Shown: positions 1-12,450 of the stretch, piece after piece
How the letters are laid out: each line of letters begins with the position of its first letter
Position numbering within the stretch: position 1 is the stretch's first letter
Source: Mobula birostris
Lineage: Eukaryota
Direction of reading: 5' to 3'
Length of the DNA stretch: 64,000 nt
NCBI RefSeq assembly: GCF_030028105.1
Contig: NC_092379.1
Location: 19,259,309 to 19,323,308 of the forward strand
Notes under the pieces: generated by a model
Seen by the model: only the letters and a program-made list of their open reading frames with translations
Database searches by the model: none
What the model was told of the DNA's origin: nothing
Translations under genes and position numbers: made by a program

Positions 1-135
1 GCTACAGTCGATGAACAGCATCCTGAAATAGGTGTTTGTATTGTACAGGTGGTCTAAGGCCACATGAAGAGCCACTGAGATTGCATCTGCCGTTGACCTA
101 TTGTGGCAATACTCTGGAGTAGAAGTACAGTCAGG
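1..135 (-). mobile_element. Rex1/Babar-type LINE reverse transcriptase fragment
   Basis: Minus strand reads [33 protein letters not shown], the same RT segment as the Rex1-type copy near 63.8 kb. Confidence 0.75.
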
Positions 136-184
136 TGATCTGACTTCCTGAAGTGAGGGCGTGGAATAGCACAGTAGGCTGAAA

Positions 185-500
185 GATCCTGAAAGATTAG
201 GAATTGTGGTCACTGTTCATCCACTGAAAGGTCAATCACTTGGTCAGGATCATTACCCAACTCTAGGTACAGTATGGCCCCTCCTTTCATTGGACTGTGC
301 ACATATTGATTTAAGAAACCTTCCTGGATGCACTAAACAAATTCAGCCCCGTCTGAACCCCTCACACTAAGAAGGTCCCAGTTTATATTCGGGAATTTTA
401 AATTTCCCACGACAACAACCCCATTATTTTTACACATTTTCTTAATCAGATTACATATCTGTTCCTCAATGTCCTGGTGGCTATTAGGGGGTCTGTAGCA
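185..500 (-). mobile_element. CR1 LINE ORF2 endonuclease-domain fragments
   Basis: Decayed minus-strand YRPP..EEQIC and CIQEGFL.QYV..P motifs, also seen in other CR1 copies in the window. Confidence 0.65.
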
Positions 501-504
501 CATA

Positions 505-800
505 ACACATAGGGGCTGGAGTGGGCCATCTGGCCCGTCGAGCCTTCTCTGCCATTCAATAAGATCATGGCTAATCTGGCCATGGACTCATCGCCACCTA
601 CCTACCTTTTCTCCATAACCCTTAATTCCCCTACTATGCAAAAATCTATCCAACCTTTTCTTAAGTATATTTACTGAGGTAGCCTCCACTGCTTCATTGG
701 GCTGAGAATTCCAGATTCATCACTCTCTGGGAAAAGTAGTTCCTCCTCACCTCTGTCCTAAATCTGTCTCCCCGAATCCTGAGGTTATGTCCCCGAGTTC
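505..800 (-). mobile_element. CR1 LINE 3' end
   Basis: Reverse complement of CR1 ORF2 C-terminus and 3' UTR (ggagtgggccatctggccc...), similar to 36555 and 50470. Confidence 0.7.
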
Positions 801-894
801 AATCCCATCAGTGTGTTTGCACCCTGCCTGTTCTTGAGTTTCACTCAAATGGACTCAGTTTCTGACCCCTCCGTTATGTTTCCTCTGAGTGCAG

Positions 895-1886
895 CTGTGA
901 CATTGTCCCTGATTGGTAATGCAAACATCCCCCCCTTTTACCTCCTCCTCTATCTTTTCTAAAACTTCAAAAACCTGGTACATTAATCACCGATTCCTGC
1001 CCCTCTGTCAACCAAATTTCAGCGATAGTTACAACATCGTAGTTCCATGTACTGATTCATGCTCTAATTTCATCACCCTTACCCATAATACTCCCAGCAT
1101 TAAAATATACACACTTTAAACTATCTGACCCATCATGCCTGTTATTTCAGTTTTGCCTTTCAATACCTTCACTGACATCTAACTTAAGGTCAGATCCTTT
1201 CCCCTGCTGTCCAGGGGCTCTGGTTCTCACCTCGTGCAAAACTAGGTTAAACTCTCCCAAGTAGCATCAGCAAAGCCAGGATGTTGGTTCCCCTTCAGTT
1301 CGGGTGCAACCCGTCTCAATCTACCTGTATATTGAAATTCCCGATGACTATCTTATCATTGCACTTTTGACACACATTTTCGATCTCCTGTTGTAATTTG
1401 TAGACCACGTCTTTGCTGCTGTTTGCAGGTCTGTACATAACTCCCATCAGGGTCTTTAACCATTGCAGTTTCTTAGGTATACACAGAACAATACTGCATC
1501 TTCCAATCCTATGTCACTTCTTTCTAATGATTTGGTTTAATTTTTTATCAACACAGCAACACCACTCTCTCAGCATACCAGCTTGTCTTTTCAATATAAC
1601 GTGTGTCCTTGGACATCAAGCTCCCAACTATAATCTTCTTTCAGCTACGATTCAGTGATGCCTACAATATCATACATGCCAGTCTGTAGCTGTGTTACAA
1701 GTTAATCTACTTTATTCTGTATACTGAGTGAATTCAAAGATAACACTTTCAATCCTGTATTCAACACCCTTTTTGTTTTCTGACTCCCTTTTACATTGCA
1801 ACTCATCCCATTGACTGCAGTTTTGCCCTGTCATCAGCCTCGGCTTGCTCGCAGTCTCACTACACACTGCCTTTGTTTGTTTGTTT
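895..1886 (-). mobile_element. Old CR1 LINE, ORF1/ORF2 boundary and endonuclease fragments (host of the 1887-3522 insertion; resumes 3523-3560)
   Basis: LKCVYFNAGSI-type endonuclease start. cagtctcactacacactgc..tttgt/aaaccaacaacttgatc is contiguous in the copy at about 56718-56765 but split here. Confidence 0.7.
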
Positions 1887-3522
1887 CATGTTGATATTAA
1901 GGGAGAGGAGGTGTCATGTCGATATTAAGGGAGAGGAGGTGTTGGAGTTGTTAAAATACATTAGGACGGATAAGTCCCCGGGGCCTGACGGAATATTCCC
2001 CAGGCTGCTCCACGAGGTGAGGGAAGAGATTGCTGAGCCTCTGGCTAGGATCTTTATGTCCTCGTTGTCCACGAAAATGGTACCGGAGGATTGGAGGGAG
2101 GCGAATGATGTCCCCTTGTTCAAAAAAGGTAGTAGGTATAGTCCGGGTAATTATAGACCAGTGAGCCTTACGTCTGTGGTGGGAAAGCTGTTGGAAAAGA
2201 TTCTTAGAGATAGGATCTCTGGGCATTTAGAGAATCATGGTCTGATCAGGGACAGTCAGCATGGCTTTGTGAAGGGCAGATCATGTCTAACAAGCCTGAT
2301 AGAGTTCTTTGAGGAGGTGACCAGGCATATAGATGAGGGTAGTGCAGTGGATGTAATCTACATGGATTTTAGTAAGGCATTTGACAAGGTTCTACATAGT
2401 AGGCTTATTCAGAAAGTCAGAAGGCATGGGATCCAGGGAAGGTTGGCCAGGTGGATTCAGAATTGGCTTGCCTGCAGAAGGCAGAGGGTCATGGTGGGGG
2501 GAGTACATTCAGATTGGAGGATTGTGAGTTGTGGTGTCCCACAAGGATCTGTTCTGGGACCTCTACTTTTCATGATTTTTATTAACGACCTGGATGTGGG
2601 GGTAGAAGGGTGGGTTGGCAAGTTTGCAGACGACACAAAGGTTGGTGGTGTTGTAGGTAGTGTAGAGGATTGTCAAAGATTGCAGAAAGACATTGATAGG
2701 ATGCAGAAGTGGGCTGAGAAGTGGCAGATGGAGTTCAACCTGAAGAAGTGTGAGGTGGTACACTTTGGAAGGACAAACTCCAAGGCAGAGTAAATGGCAG
2801 GATACTTGGTAGTGTGGAGGAGCAGAGGGATCTCGGGGTACATGTCCACAGATCCCTGAAAGTTGCCTCACAGGTGGATAGGGTAGTTAAGAAAGCTTAT
2901 GGTGTGTTAGCTTTCATAAGTCGAGGGATAGAGTTTAAGAGTCGTGATGTAATGATGCAGCTCTATAAAACTCTGGTTAGGCCACACTTGGAGTACTGTG
3001 TCCATTTCTGGTCTCCTCACTATAGGAGGGATGTGGAAGCATTGGAAAGGGTACAGAGGAGATTTACCAGGATGTTGCTGGTTTAGAGAGAATGCATTAT
3101 GATCAGAGATTAAGGGAGCTAGGGCTTTACTCTTTGGAGAGAAGGAGGATGAGAGGAGACATGATAGAGGTGTACAAGGTAATGAGAGGAATAGATAGAG
3201 TGGATAGCCAGTGCCTCTTCCCCAGGGCACCACTGCTCAATACAAGAGGACATGGCTTTAAGGTAAGGGGTTGGAAGTTCAAGGGGGATATTAGAGGAAG
3301 GTTTTTCACTCAGACAGTGGTTGGTGCGTGGAATGCACTGCCTGAGTCTGTGGTGGAGGCAGATACACTAGTGAAGTTTAAGAGACTACTAGACAGGTAT
3401 ATGGAGGAATTTAAGGTGGGGCCTTATTTGGGAGGCAGGGTTTGAGGGTCAGTACAACATTGTGGGCCGAAGGGCCTGTACTGTGAAGTACTATTCTATG
3501 TTCTGTGTTCTATGTTCTATGT
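1887..3522 (+). mobile_element. 5'-truncated CR1 LINE (ORF2 RT to 3' tail), young family
   Basis: ORFs 1873-2793, 2814-3086 and 3092-3445 with KSPGPDG, YRPVSLTS, YMDFSKAFD, GVPQGSVLGP, KFADD; ends in a (ttctatg)-like tail. Confidence 0.95.
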
Positions 3523-3564
3523 AAACCAACAACTTGATCTTCAGCCTTATCACTCCACTTAATT

Positions 3565-4104
3565 GATTATAGATTAGAATTAGAAACTGCAGATACCTTT
3601 AAATTTTTAAGAAATTGGTTTGATAAAAATCTCATATGGTCAACACATATTAAAGAAATAATAACCAGAAGTAAGAAAGTGCTAAATATTATGAGGTGTT
3701 TAACAGGAACGGAGCAGGGAGCCGATAGGAAATCGTTGAAAGCAATATATAGGACTAATAAGATCAATATTGGACTATGGAAGTATGGTATATGGACCAG
3801 CATCACACTGTGTGCTCAATAAACTGGATATAATTCAAATTCAAGCATTAAGCTTAATCAGTGGGGCAATGAGGACAACACCAGTGGCTGGCAATGCAGG
3901 TGGAGTTGGGAGAGACACCTCTGGAACTGAGAAGATCACAGCTTGTGGTAACATATTGGGTAAACCTACAAGGGCCTGGAGAAAATCATCCAAGTGAACA
4001 GCTTCTAGATCGATGCTGGGAAAAGGAAAGAAGGAAATTCAGAAGTTTTGCACGGACTATTGAAGGGAAAGCAGAAAGGACAGGAATTAGTAATAAGGCA
4101 GAAT
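3565..4104 (+). mobile_element. I-clade/Nimb-like LINE fragment (post-RT region)
   Basis: DYGSMVYGPAS...LNKLDIIQIQALSLISGAMRTTP and QVELGETPLELRR; same family as 45269-46794. Confidence 0.7.
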
Positions 4105-5852
4105 AGGTACGGAGCATAGATTGTTCCACAAAGCCAACAGAAAGGCAGGCATAGCTAGGACCGCTTCTTTTTGGATTCCAGACCTAATCAGTTCCCCTCT
4201 ACCACCACTTTGCTCCGTCTAGCGGAATTAGTCCTTACTCTTAATAATTTCTCCTTGGGCTCCTCCCACTTCCTCCAAACTAAAGGTGTAGCTATGGGCA
4301 CCCGTATAGGTCCTAGTTATGCCTGCCTTTTTGTTGGCTTTGTGGAACAATCTATGTTACAAACCTATTCTGGTATCTGTCCCCAACTTTTCCTTCGCTA
4401 CATCAATGACTGCCTTGGCGCTGCTTCCTGCATGCATGCTGAGCTCATTGACTTTATTAACTTTGCCTCCAACTTTCACCCTGCCCTCAAGTTTACCTGG
4501 TCCATTTCCAACACCTCTCTCCCCTTTCTAGATCTTTCTGTCTCTATCTCTGGAGACAGCTTACCCACTGATGTCTACTATAAGCCTACTGACTCTCACA
4601 ACTACCTAGACTGCCACCCTGTCTCTTGCAAAAATGCCATCCCCTTCTCGCAATTCCTCCGTCTCCGCCGCATCTGCTCTCAGGATGAGGCTTTTCATTC
4701 CAGGATGAGGGAGATGTCCTTTTTTAAAGAAAGGGGCTTCCCTTCCTCCACCATCAACTCTGCTCTCAAACGCATCTCCCCCATTTCACCCACATCTGCC
4801 CTCGCTCCATCCTCCCGCCACCCCACTAGGGATAGGGTTCCTCTTGTCTTCACCTACCACCCCACCAGCCTCCGGGTGCAACATATTATTCTCCGTAACT
4901 TCCGCCACCTCCAACGGGATCCCACCACTAAGCACATCTTTCCCTCTCCCCCCTCTCTCTGCTTTCCGCAGGGATCACTCCCTACACGACTCCCTTGTCC
5001 ATTCGTTCCCCCCCATCCCTCCCCACTGATCTCCCTCCTGGCACTTATCCTTGTAAGCGGAACAAGTGCTACACATGCCCTTACACTTCCTCCCTTACCA
5101 CCATTCAGGGCCCCAGACAGTCCTTCCAGGTGAGTCCTTCACCTGTGAGTCGGCTGGGGTGACATACTGTGTCCGGTGCTCCCGATGTGGCCTTTTATAT
5201 ATTGGTGAGACCCGACGCAGACTGGGAGACCGCTTTGCTGAACACTTACATTCTGTCCGCCAGAGAAAGCAGGATCTCCCAGTGGCCACACATTTTAATT
5301 CCACATCCCATTCCCATTCTGACATGTCTATCCACGGCCTCCTCTACTGTAAAGATGAAGCCACACTCAGGTTGGAGGAACAACACCTTACATTCCGGCT
5401 GGGTAGCCTCCAATCTGATGGCATGAACATTGACTTCTCTAACTTCTGCTAATGCTCCACCTCCCCCTTGTACCCCATCCGTTACTTATTTTTATACATA
5501 CATTCTTTCTTTCTCTCACTCTCCTTTTTCTCCCTCTGTCCCTCTGACTACACCCCTTGCCCATCCTCTGGGTTCCCCCTCCCACCTTGTCTTTCTCTCC
5601 GGACCTCCTGTCCCATGATCCTCTCATATCCCCTTTGCCAATCACCTGTCCAGCTCTTGGCTCCATCCCTCCCCCTCCTGTCTTCTCCTATCATTTTGGA
5701 TCTCCCCCTCCCCCTCCCATTTTCAAATCTCTTACTAACTCTTCCTTCAGTTAGTCCTGAGGAAGGGTCTTGGCCTGAAACGTCGACTGTACCTCTTCCT
5801 AGAGATGCTGCCTGGCCTGCTGCGTTCACCAGCAACTTTGATGTGTGTTGCT
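4105..5852 (+). mobile_element. Penelope-like retroelement (RT plus GIY-YIG endonuclease), 5'-truncated and frameshifted, with 3' pseudo-LTR
   Basis: ORF 4171-5133 has GVAMGTRIGPSYACLF, FLRYIND, FLDL, YYKPTDSH. ORF 5066-5452 has YCVRCSRCGLLYIGETRRRLGDRFAEH and E...LRLEEQHLTFRLGSL (GIY-YIG). Confidence 0.93.
5753..5788 (+). ncRNA. Minimal type I hammerhead ribozyme motif in the Penelope pseudo-LTR
   Basis: agtc-CTGAGGA-agggtcttggcct-GAAA-cgTC-gact: core CUGANGA/GAAA, helix I agtc/gact, helix II agg/cct, palindromic ACGT helix III. Confidence 0.8.
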
Positions 5853-6170
5853 TAAAAAGTCCTGGATACAGACCAGACCATCACAGGTAAAGCCCTTGTT
5901 GTGACTGTGAACAGGGTCACCAGAGAGACTGAAGCTGGTGGAGATAGAAGTCCATTCAGCAAAACAAGCAGCAGGCATTATATTCCAGACACTCTTGGAA
6001 GAAGAGGCCTGCCTGACCCTATATTACATGACATTTTTATATGCTAAAAATCAAATGTAACAGCAGGACAATGCTGTAGTTATAAAGTATCCAGAATGCT
6101 CCTTTTGAATTACATATAATTTTCAAATACCTCCACCTTCACATCCACACCCAAGACACCCACAATGAAT

Positions 6171-6743
6171 TGTAACTCTCAGGTTTGGCTGGCCACGTTA
6201 GTCGAGGGAAGACAGTCTCTGGCCCCACCAAACGTGTGAAATCTGAGGTGCCAAACCTCTTGTTTGCGTGGATGCTCATGATGTGTTCCCTTGTTACAAA
6301 TCAATACCAAGAAATAACAAATGGTACACCATATACAATTAAATGATTTATCTTTACAATTCTTAATTTGACTAGAGGGTTAGTACAGGAAAACAAAAAG
6401 AAAAGGGCCCACTTTAATGAAACAGTCTAACGTGCACGTTGGAGCTCACAGTTTCCCATCCATTAGCCCTCCACTGATTTCCCCCAGGTGTCGTTCACTC
6501 CCAGCCCCATTCCAAGTCCACTCCGTCCTGCAGTCTACGACCTCTCTGTTCTGGCATCTTCTCTCTCCATCTTTCGCTGAACGAAAGACCTCGAACCACT
6601 CACTCTCAGGCACACAAGAAAAAACACTCCCTTCATTAGATGGCGCACATTTCAAAGCCCCGGTTATCTCGACTCATAACCCAAACACTGCTGCTACAGA
6701 ACAACCATTACATTAGCAGTGAAACATTTCCCAGGACGTTACA
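6171..6743 (-). repeat. 3' LTR of the 6171-11734 element
   Basis: TGTAAC...GTTACA termini; aligns with 11084-11734. Confidence 0.9.
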
Positions 6744-9700
6744 CTCTCCCCCCACCAAATTTAGTCATGTCCTTCCTGCAAAACACAAAGTCCAACCGGG
6801 CTGTAAAAGGCAGTGACATAGCTCCCCAAAGTGGTAGGGACACACTCTGCTCCCTGGTGCGACATAGGCCAGCCTATCCGGTGGGATCCTGATTTTTTGA
6901 GACCTCCATACCCCCTCACCTACCTCTTCATGTTCCAACAGTACTGGGGATACTTCTGGTCTACCTGGCGCGGCCTTCCCCGGTCTATCACTCCTGCTCT
7001 CCTGCAACTCGGACCCCTCTGTCACTTGGCCGAGTCCTGCTTCATCCCTTGCAGGGTCCCGCTGAACCCCCAGCTGTCCACGGATAGCACCCCACCCGCC
7101 CGATTTCACCCGACTCAATGGGAGAAGGGTTGGAAATCTCTTCTTCAATCAGCAGGGAGTTAGCAAAAGATGGCATATACCACACCCCTATTTCCTCATC
7201 CTCCAAGTCTGTACCCCATTTAGGGGTGGGGGCCGGTCTAATCTCTCCTGCTGTTTGCCCTTCAGTCACCCAGCGATACCACAGAGTCCTCTTACTATGT
7301 TTGGTCTCCAGGTTGGGCTCTGGGTCAACCCACACGTCTTATCCCAGGGGCAGAAGGAGGGTCTGATGGAGAATCTTGACCAGCCCATTCCCATCCCCTG
7401 GTTTCACCTGGAAAACTGGTACATTTGCCACCTGGCTCTCCACTACATAGGGCATAGCCAGCCAGCGGTCAGCCAACTTATGCTTTTCAGGTAGCCCCCA
7501 ATTCTTTATGAGGACTCAGTCTCCCGGCATGAGTTGCGAGATCCTCACCTTTTGACGATACCTCCTCTTATTTCCTTGATTCTGCTGGGCAGCCGGGACC
7601 CCAGCTAATTCATAAGCCCTTTTCAGCTCCCTTTTCATGTCAGACACATACTTCAAATAAGTCTTCGGTGGTAGGTCATCCTCGTCCACCCCAAAACAAA
7701 GGTCAATGAGCAACCTCACCTCGCGCCCAAACGTCAGATAGTATAGCAAGTACCCAGTAGTTTCATTTTGGGTACAGTTGTAGTAGTGGGCCGGATGTCC
7801 AGTATGTTGACTCCACCTGCTCTTCTTGCTGGCCTTCAAGGTTCTGAGCATGTCTAGCAAGGTCGATTAAACCTCTCAGGCTGGGGACCACCCAGCGGGT
7901 GATAAGGAGTAGTCCTCGACTTTGCGACTCTGAGCATGCTCAGGAACTCATGGACGAGCCTACTCTCGAAATCCCATCCCTGATCACTATATATCCCCCT
8001 GGGGAAGCCATAATAAATGAAATACTTTCCCATAACACTTTGGCCACCGTGGACACCCTCTGATCCTTGGTAGGGAAAGCCTGCACATATCTGATGCAGT
8101 GATCCATGATGACTAAGACATTCGCCATGTTGCTGGCATCTGGCTCTATTGACAGGAAATCCATACCAACCAGGTCAAGGGGCCCCGCAATCTGCAGTTG
8201 GGACAAAGGAGCTGCCTCGTAGGCAGTGTCTTCCTCCGTATGCGTCGGATGTATGAATTGTAGTTTTCTTCAACCTCCAGCTTCATTTAAGGCCCGTAAA
8301 ACCGATCTCTGAGCAATCCACAGGCCTTTTCAAACCCCAAATATCATGAAGTTACTTCAACACCATCCTCCTATACTTCTCAGGCAGAACCAGCTGGGAA
8401 CGTCGAGGTCGTTCCGGAGGTGACATGACCTGGTACAGGATCCAGTTCCTCAACTCCAATCTGGGCCATGCTCTCAGTAATGGAGGCGCAGTGTGTTTCG
8501 TCTTCTCCACTTGGACCGGGTCTCCCTTTTCGACCGCTGACCAAATAGTACCGATGCCCGGGTCATCTCGCTGAGCAGCTGCCACTTCCCCAGGCCTCAA
8601 TTCCGGTAACTGGTTTGTCTTCAGAGCCGTCAAGTGACAGTGAACTTGTGGAATGACACCATCAGAAGCTCCGATCGATCTACTGCTCGATCCTGCCTTC
8701 ACTGCCATGGCAAACTGGCATATGGCTTTTACCCCTAGGGCAGGAACGCTCTCCCACTCCTCATCCCTGTCCAGACCTTCATGTGCACGTCGGGACAAAG
8801 CATCAGCATCAATATTCCTACTTCCCAGCCGGTACTTCAGGCTGAAATCATCGGCAGACAACGCCACCAACCATCAATGGCCTGTGGCATCCAATGTCGC
8901 CGAGGTTAGGAATAAGTTAGGGGATTGTTGTCCGTCCTCACCTCAAACTTGGCACCATAGAGGTAGTCAGTCAACTTATCAACAGGCCAGTTCAACACTA
9001 GAAACTCCAACTTGTGCATGGGATAGTTTTTCTCAGAGGGTGACAGACTTTGGCTGACTAATGCAACAGGTCTCAACCTGGTGCCCTGATTTTGATACAG
9101 GACTTCTCTGCTGGCATCTTTTCGAACTCGAAGAATCCCAGTGGACAAATAAATGCCGTCTTCTCTTTGTCAGCCTCACTCACGGGGATCTGGTAATATC
9201 CACTCCTCAAGTCCAGCACACTGAACCATTTAGCACCACTCAGACAGGCCAGCGCATCTTCGATCTCTGGGACCATATACTGGTCAGGGATGGTACACCT
9301 ATTCAGGGTCCTATAGTCCACACACATCCATACCTTTCTATTCTTCTTTCTGGCCACTACTATTGGGAATATATAGGGGCTTCTGGACTCAGTGATGATC
9401 CCAGCTTCCTTCGACTTCCACAAGTGCTGCCGAACATCTTCCACCTCTGCAGGGGCCAGTTGCCGCGACCTTTCTCTGAACGGGGTGTCCTCGGTCACCC
9501 AGATACTGTGACGAGTACTCTTGGAACAACCCACATCAAACTGGTCAGTGGAAAAGACACCTTCCAGCTTTAACATCTTCTCTACCAACCTCCTCTTCCA
9601 ACCTGCACATAGCAGGGAGATGACGAAGTTGAATGACTCAGCAGTCAACTTTCCCCCTTTTTCCAGTAGTTTCTCCCTGGCTTGTCACACAGGGACTCTA

Positions 9701-11083
9701 GACATTACCGTCACCAGGAAAAGATGCACCAGGGCATCCCCCACTTGAAGGTGACCTCCCTCTTCGTAGTATTCCTGACAATCACTTCCATCCTGTTCAC
9801 CTGTACAACCGAGGGCTTCTGCTGTTCTCAGCTCTGCCACAATCTCTACCACCCCCCGGGGCAGGCTATCCATGGTCACTTCACCACAGGGGACCACTAT
9901 TGAGGACTCTACCCTGCTGATGGAAGCCTCCCGTGCCTCTGACACATTCTTCTCCTCTTGTACTTCTCTGATCAGCTCAACAAACGCGGGGGGGTGGGGG
10001 CGCATCTTACGAGATAGTGAGAAACCTCAAGCGATCAGGTCCTGGGACTGGGCGCCCTTTGCTATCTGGTCCATTCTTAACTGATCCACCTCAGCCGCCT
10101 GAATTGCCCCTCTGCACTGCAAGCAATTTAGCTGCCTGTCTGGTCGAAAGATGTAGGCACAAAGCTCTCCCCCTTCTCCTGACACATGTTCTGAAACCCT
10201 GTTATGAGCTCCATTGGGCTTACTGTCATGCCAAATGCATTTTCCAGTGCTCGCATGTAAGTGGCAGTAGTGGCAAGGGGGTACTGGGACTTTACGGCTC
10301 TCAAAACGTCAGCAGCCCACCCCCCTCAAACTTTCAACAAATCGCTGTTGTTTTATGTCATCAGGGCCCTGCCACTCATCTAACAACTGAGAGATCTGCT
10401 TCGCCCAAGTCTCACACTTCTCTTCCCCTTTAGGGGTGGGCTTCATTCCTGAGAACAGGCGGAGCCTACCATAGCTGGGACTTTGGACCTGGGCATTTTT
10501 CCATTTATTCGCCAGGGAGGTAAGGGCGGATACTAACTCAGTATTCTCACACTTCCCTGGAGGACAGGGACTCATTAGACATTCCAAATCAGACCACTCC
10601 TTCCCCTCCCTAAGTAGAAATGAGAGAACCCTGTCTCTGAAGTTTCCTCCCCCAGCAACGGGAGACTGGACTTGCGCTTCGGCTGGCTCACCTACACTCT
10701 CCTCCCACGGAAAGTATGGACAGTACATACTGCACCCCCCCCACCCCCTCCTGGGGCCCGAATAGGACCAGGCAGTCCTACTGTCGTTACGTCAGCGCTA
10801 ATCTGAACTAAAACAAAGTCTGTGTCTGCCATTTTATTAAATCTCCACCCCACAATCGTAACTTTGCCTACCGCTTTAACAGTACTTAAAAGTGGAATAA
10901 CAATTCATCAGGATTACGAATATCTGCCCCACCCAACACACACGCATTAGTTACCAGTAACCCCATGGATGAACACCACTGCTCAACCCCGGCAGCATCC
11001 ATACTAGCACACACTTAAACACACAATCCACTGGTTCAATGCTCAGGGCAATCACACAGCCTCCAACAGAATCAATCCCGAGC

Positions 11084-11734
11084 AATAACCCCTCAGGTTC
11101 GGCCGGAGGCTTTAGTCTAGGGAAGACAGTCTCTGGCCCTGTCAAATGTGTGAAATCTGAGGTGCAAGACCAAAAATGCAAAAGAGCATGACTTCCTGAC
11201 ATTGTATTCCACCTATCACTTATTTGCCCATTCTCCTAATCTGTCCAAGTTTTTGTGTGGATGCTGCGTGATGTGTTCCCCTGTTACAGATCAGTACCAT
11301 GAAATAACAGACAGTACATCATGTACAATTAAACAATTTAGCTTTATAATCTTAATTTGACTGGAGGGTTAGTAAAGGAAAACAAAAAGAAAAGGGCCCA
11401 TTTTAATGAAACAGTCTAATGTGCAGCGTGGAGCTCACGGTTTCCTGTCCGTTAGTCCTCCATCGCTTCCGCCCCAGGCGTCGTCGACTCCCGGCCCCAT
11501 TCCAAATCCACTCCCTCCTGCGGACTACAACCCCTTCATCCTGGTATCTTCTCTCTCCATCTTCCACTGAACAAGAGACCTCGAACCACTCGCTCTCAGG
11601 CACACAACAAGAAAAAAACACTCCCTTCATTCGACTGTGCAAATTCCAAAGCCCCCCTTATCTCTAGTCGTAACCCAAACACTGCTGCTACAGAATGACC
11701 ATATTAGCAGTGAAATCTTTCCCAGGACGTTACA
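11084..11734 (-). repeat. 5' LTR of the 6171-11734 element, carrying an extra 74-bp insert
   Basis: Aligns with 6171-6743 and ends GTTACA; its left boundary and the adjacent PBS are degenerate. Confidence 0.85.
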
Positions 11735-11939
11735 GAATGTTAATCCCCACTGACTCTGGGTCGCATCATGCATATGCAGGTATCTGGAGTTGAATGGTGA
11801 GTTTCTCTGTTTGCAATGGACTCCATTCCGCAGCTCCAAGAACACTATTGTTAGGGGTGCATTTTAAACTGAATCTACAATCCACATTCAGGTATGAAGG
11901 CTGGTTGTTGTTGAAATTAGTATTTGAAATATAACAAAA

Positions 11940-12450
11940 CTCCAGAATACACCCTAACAGCTCTCCACACTTCTACAAGGGGTGCTGTTGCAGGAAAGCA
12001 ACATCTATCATCGAGCACATCCACCATCCAGGACATGCTCTCTTCTGACTGCTGCCATCAGGAAGAAGATACAGAATCCTTGTGTCCCAGACCACCAGGT
12101 TCAGGAACACTTATTACCACTCAACCATCATGCTCTAGAACTAGGGTTAATAATTTCACTCACCCCAACACAGAACTGATTCCATAAGACCATAAGATAT
12201 AGGAGTAGAATTAGGCCATGTAGTCCATCGAGTCTGCTTCACAACCAAGGGACTCACTGTCAAGGGCTCTACAGCTGATGTTCACAATATTATTTATATA
12301 TTATTATTTTGATTTATTTTTCATATTTACACACTTTCTTGTATTTTGCACATTGGTTCTTTGCCCATCTTCATTGTGTGCACTAAGAAAATGAATCTCA
12401 GTGTAGTATATAGTGACGTCAATGTGCTTTGGTAATAAATTTACTCTGAA
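11940..12450 (+). mobile_element. Rex1/Babar-type LINE 3' end fragments
   Basis: Decayed RKA.SII...HHPGHALF.LLPSGRRY-like segment and AT-rich 3' UTR ending near aataaatttactctgaactttg; resembles 31400-31765. Confidence 0.6.

Larger units (their letters stand above)
6171..11734 (-). mobile_element. Gypsy LTR retrotransposon with PNMA-like gag, internally deleted and decayed
   Basis: Two LTRs; 4-bp TSD GAAT at 6167-6170 and 11735-11738; PPT complement ctctcccccc at 6744-6753; gag (RLRLFSG..P.PKGEE), RT (CVDYRTLN, LDLRSGYYQ), RNase H (YPMHKLEFL, TDNNPL), integrase (GMDFLSIEP). Confidence 0.92.
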
